This document shows, in pieces, positions 16,969 through 22,103 of a stretch of 22,103 nt of DNA. Source of the stretch: a bacterium (GTDB taxonomy: Bacteria; SZUA-182; DTGQ01); assembly GCA_040752695.1 (NCBI GenBank), contig JBFMGO010000094.1, positions 1 through 22,103 of the forward strand, read 5' to 3'. A program made the translations under genes and the position numbers. Positions within the stretch are counted from its first letter, which is position 1; each line of letters starts with the position of its first letter. The notes beneath the pieces were generated by a model that was not told the origin of the DNA, did not search any database, and saw only the letters and a program-made list of their open reading frames with translations.

Positions 16969-18483
16969 ATGAAACGGACCTTACGATATCTGGCAATTCT
17001 GTCTTTCTTCCTGGTAGTTATCCTGCTTGGCTTATTTAAAATCGTTAACTTTGACGTTGGCTGGCATCTGAAAGCCGGCGAATATATTTGCTCCCATAGA
17101 TCTATCCCCAGGCAGGATATGTTTTCTTATATAGCTCAGGGGAACAAGTGGGTTGACTCGCACTGGCTGTTTCAGGTGCTGCTGTATCTTTCGTACACGC
17201 TCGGAGGGGCAGGCGGCGGCATTGTCTTGCGTATTCTGGTAATCGGCCTTACCTTCGGTCTTTTATTTCTGACCATCTATCGGAAAGAATATTACCACGT
17301 TTCTGTGGTCATCTGCCTTGCAGCTTTATTCATGGCCTTTCAGAGGTTTCTCCTGCGGCCTGAAATTTTTACCTTCCTTTTTCTGGCTCTTTTTGTCTAC
17401 GGTGCGGAAAACTTTTCAAAGCATCCCCGCTTATCCCTGATCGTGATTCCGGTCGCGCAGGCTCTGTGGGTTAACATGCACGGCCTGCACGTCCTGGGGA
17501 TAGCTTTTCTTGGGCTTTACCTTCTGGGAGATCTGGTTCAGACCCTGCTCAACAGGCATATACCTTTTGTCCCGGCAATAGAGGCAAGACCGGGTGAATG
17601 GCGGCAAAAAGGACTCCTGTCCGGCCTGACCTTATTTGCACTCCTCATCAATGCCAACGGATTTGACGGCATTCTCTACCCTTATAAAATCTTCGGCGAA
17701 CTGAAAACCAAGCCCATGATTTTTTCCATGCTCACAGAACTGGTTTCTCCCCTTTCGATCAAGCAGGCACCATTCCCTGACCCATGCGTGATCTATAAAA
17801 TCTTTCTTCCCCTCTCTGCTCTTGCCCTGGTCCTGCAAATCAAGCGTCTTCGCCTGGCTCACCTGCTTCCCTGCGGAGCATTTTTTTACCTTTCGCTTCT
17901 GGCTATCAGGAACGTGCCCCTGTTTGCGATTGTAGCCACTCCCATGACCATCCGGAACATTCATGGTATTCTCGATTTCTGTCAGAAGAAAAAATTCTTC
18001 CCTGCCACCTGGCCAGTTTCTCCCGTGGCCGGCGTCCCGCTCATTGCCCTGTCTCTCTGGACGTGCGTATTTATTGCCGATAACGGACTGTATCACAGGC
18101 TGCATTACCTGCGAACCTTCGGATTCGGCATATCCGATAGCTATCCGAAAGAGGCCGTTGACTACCTGAAGGGCAGAAACCTGGCAGGGAACATCTTTAA
18201 CAGCTCTGATATCGGAGGCTACCTGCTCTGGCAGATGTACCCCCCAAAACAGGTGGCTCTGGATGGCAGGTGGGAGGTATATGGTGATTTTCTCGATAAT
18301 CTCAAAAGACTCAACGATCCGAGGTACTTTGCCGAACTGACGGCAAAATACCGCATCGAAGCCATTATCCTCTACAAACGATCAATGGAAATAAGCCTCA
18401 TGGCCCCATGGCTGCAAATCAGTCCCTTTTGGCAGCCAGCCAGGGAAACGGATACAGCCATTGTCTACGAAAGAGTGGATTAG
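16969..18483 (+). CDS. Polytopic membrane protein, probable GT-C-type glycosyltransferase-like
   Basis: About 10 hydrophobic segments. D(V)GWHLxxG right after TM1, HWLFQ, LRPEIF, WVNMHG, and a C-terminal soluble domain with GGYL.W and DGRW. Start moved to ATG 16969 (GAAAGGT upstream); the ORF track start is 16858. Function is inferred from the motif pattern only. Confidence 0.65.
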   Translation: MKRTLRYLAILSFFLVVILLGLFKIVNFDVGWHLKAGEYICSHRSIPRQDMFSYIAQGNKWVDSHWLFQVLLYLSYTLGGAGGGIVLRILVIGLTFGLLFLTIYRKEYYHVSVVICLAALFMAFQRFLLRPEIFTFLFLALFVYGAENFSKHPRLSLIVIPVAQALWVNMHGLHVLGIAFLGLYLLGDLVQTLLNRHIPFVPAIEARPGEWRQKGLLSGLTLFALLINANGFDGILYPYKIFGELKTKPMIFSMLTELVSPLSIKQAPFPDPCVIYKIFLPLSALALVLQIKRLRLAHLLPCGAFFYLSLLAIRNVPLFAIVATPMTIRNIHGILDFCQKKKFFPATWPVSPVAGVPLIALSLWTCVFIADNGLYHRLHYLRTFGFGISDSYPKEAVDYLKGRNLAGNIFNSSDIGGYLLWQMYPPKQVALDGRWEVYGDFLDNLKRLNDPRYFAELTAKYRIEAIILYKRSMEISLMAPWLQISPFWQPARETDTAIVYERVD

Positions 18484-18576
18484 GAGCTTCCTCCCCCGGT
18501 TCCCGATTTTGTAGAGAGTCTTTTTGCGAAATTTCTTTGAAGAATCTTCTTGGGATAATCACGCTGATTGTGTGGT

Positions 18577-19386
18577 CTAAACCAGCCCTTCCCTCCCCTT
18601 GCGCTGAGCCCAGAGAGTTCCCAGACGGGGAAAGATAAAGCCGGTATTTTGCTTGTAGACCCGGTATTCAGGAAGATGCATCGATAGCTTGCGCTCTTCC
18701 AGTTTTGCCCGCGAAAGCTGCATGATTGAGACTACGATAAAGAAGCTGTAGGAAAATCGATTATTAAAGAGCATACAGACCCCCAATAGATGAGTCAACT
18801 CACCAGTATAAAGGGGATGGCGGATGAACCGGTATGCTCCGGTATTAATCAGCTTGCGCACTTCGACCATAACGCTGAAGGAATTTTTGAGCTGCCACAA
18901 GGAAGCGATGTTCAACGTGATTCCGACAACACAAAAGATCAATCCTATGAGATAAACGGTCGGCACGTAGTTACTTTTAGTGTTGGTAGACAGAATCGAA
19001 GTGCCGATCAGATGGAACCCCACCACAAAGACCGGATAGAATCTTTCCAATACTCCCTGCGCTTGCTTCTTGGGCGTAGACCGGATAATATAGCTGAAGA
19101 CGACGATTCCCATAAAAATGGATACAAAAATGCTATTGACCAGGCCAAGGATCGAAGGAAGAGTAACGTGCGCTTGCGCCTTCAGGCTGAAAATGGTAGG
19201 CACCAGACCTCGAATGAGCATGACCAGGAAGAATATAATGGGGAGGGGATAATTCTTTATCCAGTTTCTGCCATCTTCCGGGGATACCCAGTAGATATAG
19301 AGAGAAAAAAATACCAGCGGAACAATAATACTCCAATTCTCCAGGCAAAAATTAAAAATGTTTTCCAAATAAGCGATCATTCCCAT
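18577..19386 (-). CDS. Isoprenylcysteine carboxyl methyltransferase / PEMT-like membrane methyltransferase
   Basis: Multiple TM segments, then FSVMVEVRKLINTGAYRFIRHPLYTG and RAKLEERKL...YRVYKQNT, the ICMT/Ste14/PEMT C-terminal signature (G.Y..RHP.Y, EE). Confidence 0.82.
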   Translation of the reverse strand: MGMIAYLENIFNFCLENWSIIVPLVFFSLYIYWVSPEDGRNWIKNYPLPIIFFLVMLIRGLVPTIFSLKAQAHVTLPSILGLVNSIFVSIFMGIVVFSYIIRSTPKKQAQGVLERFYPVFVVGFHLIGTSILSTNTKSNYVPTVYLIGLIFCVVGITLNIASLWQLKNSFSVMVEVRKLINTGAYRFIRHPLYTGELTHLLGVCMLFNNRFSYSFFIVVSIMQLSRAKLEERKLSMHLPEYRVYKQNTGFIFPRLGTLWAQRKGREGLV

Positions 19387-19731
19387 TCCCTTCCTTCTTC
19401 CGGTCCAGTTTGGTCCCCGGTCTGGTATCCGGACTGATATTCCGGTTTATCGTAAAGCAACCCCGCCCGGCCTCTCTTCCCCATGAGAGGCAATGTTCAT
19501 CAAGTAAGGGGAAACCTCCCGCCTTTCCTGTGCTCTCCTAAGGGAGGAAAAGCCAGGGGTCAGCACTCCTGCCAATTGGCTTAAAAATCCCTCCCGAAGT
19601 CAACAACCACAACCCAAAAACATATCAACCTCGGCAGCAAACATGACAGCCACCGTAAAAAACGCGGCACTTATGGCAATAAACACAGACCTTACCAAGT
19701 ACCTCAAACATGGCACCTACGATAGAAACAC

Positions 19732-19861
19732 AGCCGTAGTAGCACCAAACGATAATAAACACAGCGAAGGTTGACCGTCTCTTAAAGGAAAATCTAAGCC
19801 GTAGTAGCACCAAACGATAATAAACACAGCGAAGGTTGACCGTCTCTTAAAGGAAAATCTA
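19732..19861. repeat. Exact 65-bp tandem duplication
   Basis: AGCCGTAGTAGCACCAAACG...GGAAAATCTA at 19732-19796 and 19797-19861. The second copy includes the stop codon of the 19859 gene. Confidence 0.95.
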
Positions 19862-20698
19862 AAAGGATCTTTGCGGTGCACCCCGGAATTTGGGAAACAA
19901 GAAGCCGGTTCTTGCCTTATAATCAGCATATTCGGGTAAAACCACCAAAAACTTTCTTTCCTCAAATTTCGCTCTGATCGCTTCCAGGGTAAAGAAAAGA
20001 ATATAGATAAAAAGGGTTGCAGAATTGAGGAGAAGTAAGGTCGTTCCAAGAGCATGGGTCAACTCAGCAAAGTAGAGCGGATGCCGCATATACTTATAAA
20101 ATCCGGTAGTTACAAGTTGCCTGACTTCGACCATGAGGCTGAAGGAATTCTTTAGTCTCCACAGGACGATACAACTGAGTGTACATCCAATAAGGGAAAG
20201 CACAAAGCCTGCTATTCCAACCGTGTGTACAAACGATGGAGATTGATAAAGATTCCGGAACAGGAAATCACTCTCTATGGGAATAGGATAATAGAGCAGA
20301 TAGGTAAAAGAAACCATAGGGATAAGAACGGTAATGATGGGGAACCACCTCTCCCAAAACCCTTGCGCCTTCCCTTTATCACTAACTGGTTTGACCCGGA
20401 TCAGATAGGTGAAAACGATAAGCAGATCAAACAAGATAGCAGCAATCGTATACATGAAATCCAGGACAGGACGGGAGAAAAGAATTGCCTTGATACCGGT
20501 AAAGCTTTGATCAATTCCATACATGACACTGACGAAACTGGTAGTGATATCAATTTTACCGATAAAATGATAGACCTTTAAACCAATAAGAGAGCCGAAA
20601 AATAAAAATGGGACCGGATCACTGATGATCTTTTTGATATAGGTTACAGGATTTTTCATGGAATAGTTTCTTTCCTGTTCATTACTCACATTATTCAT
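19859..20698 (-). CDS. Second ICMT/PEMT-like membrane methyltransferase (paralog of 18577-19386)
   Basis: FSLMVEVRQLVTTGFYKYMRHPLYFAE, RAKFEERKF...YADYKARTGFLFP. Shares AQG..ER..P with its paralog. Confidence 0.82.
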   Translation of the reverse strand: MNNVSNEQERNYSMKNPVTYIKKIISDPVPFLFFGSLIGLKVYHFIGKIDITTSFVSVMYGIDQSFTGIKAILFSRPVLDFMYTIAAILFDLLIVFTYLIRVKPVSDKGKAQGFWERWFPIITVLIPMVSFTYLLYYPIPIESDFLFRNLYQSPSFVHTVGIAGFVLSLIGCTLSCIVLWRLKNSFSLMVEVRQLVTTGFYKYMRHPLYFAELTHALGTTLLLLNSATLFIYILFFTLEAIRAKFEERKFLVVLPEYADYKARTGFLFPKFRGAPQRSF

Positions 20699-20760
20699 GG
20701 TGCAGCCCCTTATTTGATAAATGGTTAAAAAAGGTTTTCGTGGTTCTTGACTTACTGCTT

Positions 20761-20776
20761 ATCAAGTTTGTTGCCA
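20761..20776 (-). promoter_or_regulatory. Weak sigma54-like motif upstream of the methyltransferase pair
   Basis: TGGCAACAAACTTGAT: TGGCA and correct spacing, but GA rather than GC at -12. About 60 nt upstream of ATG 20698. Confidence 0.3.
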
Positions 20777-20845
20777 ACCGCCTCTTTTGAAATACCTGCC
20801 GGGCAACAAGATGATCAATTAACCTTTCCCAAAAGAGAATCGCCA

Positions 20846-20939
20846 TGTTGAAAATCCCCTCTCTCCCCTTTTTACAAAAGAGGGAATAAGGTGTATTCTC
20901 TTGTTAAAAATCCCCCCAGCCCCCTTTATAAAAAGGGGA
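20846..20939. repeat. Two related REP-like palindromic units
   Basis: TGTT.AAAATCCCC...CCCCTTT..(A)AAA.GGGA at 20846-20886 and 20902-20939, each with a CCCCTTT/AAAGGGG-type hairpin. Confidence 0.55.
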
Positions 20940-21104
20940 GCGATATGCATCGGGAAAGGTTCATAACAATAAGCCGATCAATTTATGAGATTTATCCCTG
21001 GTATTTTCTCCTAATATTAATAATAACTGAAAATGATGTCAATAAATTATTCGTTTTAAGCAAAGTAAAGCAAAGCCTGTAATTTTATTACTGGTAATCC
21101 TCGT

Positions 21105-21147
21105 AAAAAAAACCCTCTCCTTCGGTTTTCGAAGGAGAGGGTTTTTT
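21105..21147 (-). terminator. Intrinsic terminator (bidirectional architecture) after the sixth Gly/Tyr gene
   Basis: A8-CCCTCTCCTTCG-loop-CGAAGGAGAGGG-T6, ~60 nt after the stop at 21205. Confidence 0.9.
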
Positions 21148-21204
21148 GTTGTATCCAGGATTGCTATCACCAAAGGAGAGCTGCTTCACTCTCACCTCGA
21201 TGCC

Positions 21205-21684
21205 TTATTGGGAAACGGCAGTAGTCGTACCAGAAGAAGATAACTGTTTCAACAGGGAAGTCCAGCCCAGTAATTCAGATTGATCCTGCAGCATGAAAAG
21301 GCCACCCAGTCCGTACATTCCACCCGATCCGTAGAGTCCGCTCAATCCGTATAATCCACTCAACCCGTAGAGTCCACCCGATCCGTAGAGTCCGCTCAAC
21401 CCGTATAATCCACTCAACCCGTAAGGTCCGCCGTATAAACTGCCTAATCCACTCAATCCGGATAATCCATAGAGCCCGAGGCTATATCCTCCATAGAACC
21501 CAGGGTACACGCCGCTCTGGCCGTACCAGCCGAGACCATATAGCCCACTCCCGTAACTGCCGTAATATCCTCCCCCATAAAGACTGTAATAGCAACTCCC
21601 AGGTGAAGAAAAAGTAACTATCAGTATGCCGATTACTAAAAAAGTGCGTATATATACCAGAGTCTTTCTGCCGATAGTCAGCAC
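21205..21684 (-). CDS. Secreted Gly/Tyr/Ser-rich repeat protein (paralog-like F), without the beta domain
   Basis: Likely GTG start at 21684 (GGGGAGG 6 nt upstream; the ORF track start is 21711). Hydrophobic signal ending SPGSC, then [19 protein letters not shown] repeats and a short amphipathic tail. Confidence 0.8.
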   Translation of the reverse strand: MLTIGRKTLVYIRTFLVIGILIVTFSSPGSCYYSLYGGGYYGSYGSGLYGLGWYGQSGVYPGFYGGYSLGLYGLSGLSGLGSLYGGPYGLSGLYGLSGLYGSGGLYGLSGLYGLSGLYGSGGMYGLGGLFMLQDQSELLGWTSLLKQLSSSGTTTAVSQ

Positions 21685-21740
21685 TGAAGTCCTCCCCTTT
21701 TCCGCTTCCACACTAACGTTTATTCAGCATTATATCCATT

Positions 21741-21774
21741 CTCTGCACTTCCACTTCCTCTGCACTTCCACTTC
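21741..21774. repeat. 17-bp tandem duplication upstream of gene F
   Basis: CTCTGCACTTCCACTTC at 21741-21757 and 21758-21774. Confidence 0.85.
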
Positions 21775-21919
21775 CACACTGACGATAAGAGCAAAAATGA
21801 GGAGGGATTGCATCCGGTGCTGAAGCCTAAATGCCAAAACATGGATGCAACCCCCCCAGGAACCAGGAACCAGTTGGGGGGGAGTTTCATACCGGTCCCC
21901 GATCCCCATCATTACTTAA

Positions 21920-21957
21920 TCTACCCCTAACATGATTTATTTTGTCTACCCCTAACA
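21920..21957. repeat. 13-bp direct repeat (period 25)
   Basis: TCTACCCCTAACA at 21920-21932 and 21945-21957. Confidence 0.75.
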
Positions 21958-22003
21958 CAATCTTTATGTCCTAATTAACCAAAATTCAATCTCTCCCGAA
22001 CAT

Positions 22004-22103
<100 letters not shown>

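Noticed and set aside
18790..19437. 215-aa plus-strand ORF, and other antisense ORFs over the regulator, HDOD, protease and membrane genes
   Set aside because: They lie opposite genes with clear family motifs and show no recognisable features themselves.
19732..19861. 65-bp period as a CRISPR repeat-plus-spacer unit
   Set aside because: The whole 65 bp is duplicated with no variable spacer, and there are only two copies.
21761..21776. TGGAAGTGGAAGTGCA (GG-N10-GC) upstream of gene F
   Set aside because: Spacing fits but the rest of the consensus does not, and it arises within a tandem repeat.

Overview
Bacterial window, probably ending at a contig end, with three blocks. (1) 1-2256, minus strand: the 5' part of a type I-B CRISPR-Cas operon (cas6, then a cas8b/Csh1-like gene running off the left edge and missing from the ORF track). 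No CRISPR array is in the window, but the cas6-cas8b spacer contains nested direct repeats. (2) 2659-5179, plus strand: a sigma54 enhancer-binding protein with a degenerate receiver domain, overlapping an HDOD gene. (3) 5220-21711, the most interesting part: five tandem paralogous genes for secreted Gly/Tyr/Leu/Met-rich repeat proteins (signal peptide, YY, (GGLYG/GMYG)n, a conserved ~110-aa beta-rich domain, with or without a Val/Pro/Thr/Ala tail). They are bracketed by a secreted S8 subtilase and a secreted M4/M36-like metallopeptidase, each preceded by a GG-N10-GC sigma54-type promoter motif. Next come a GT-C-like membrane protein, two ICMT/PEMT-like membrane methyltransferases and a sixth Gly/Tyr-rich secreted protein. 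My inference is a sigma54-controlled system for making an extracellular structural protein polymer (sheath, coat or matrix) that I do not recognise as described. The terminal 100-nt poly-G is a likely sequencing artefact. All family calls come from reading motifs by eye; no database search was run.
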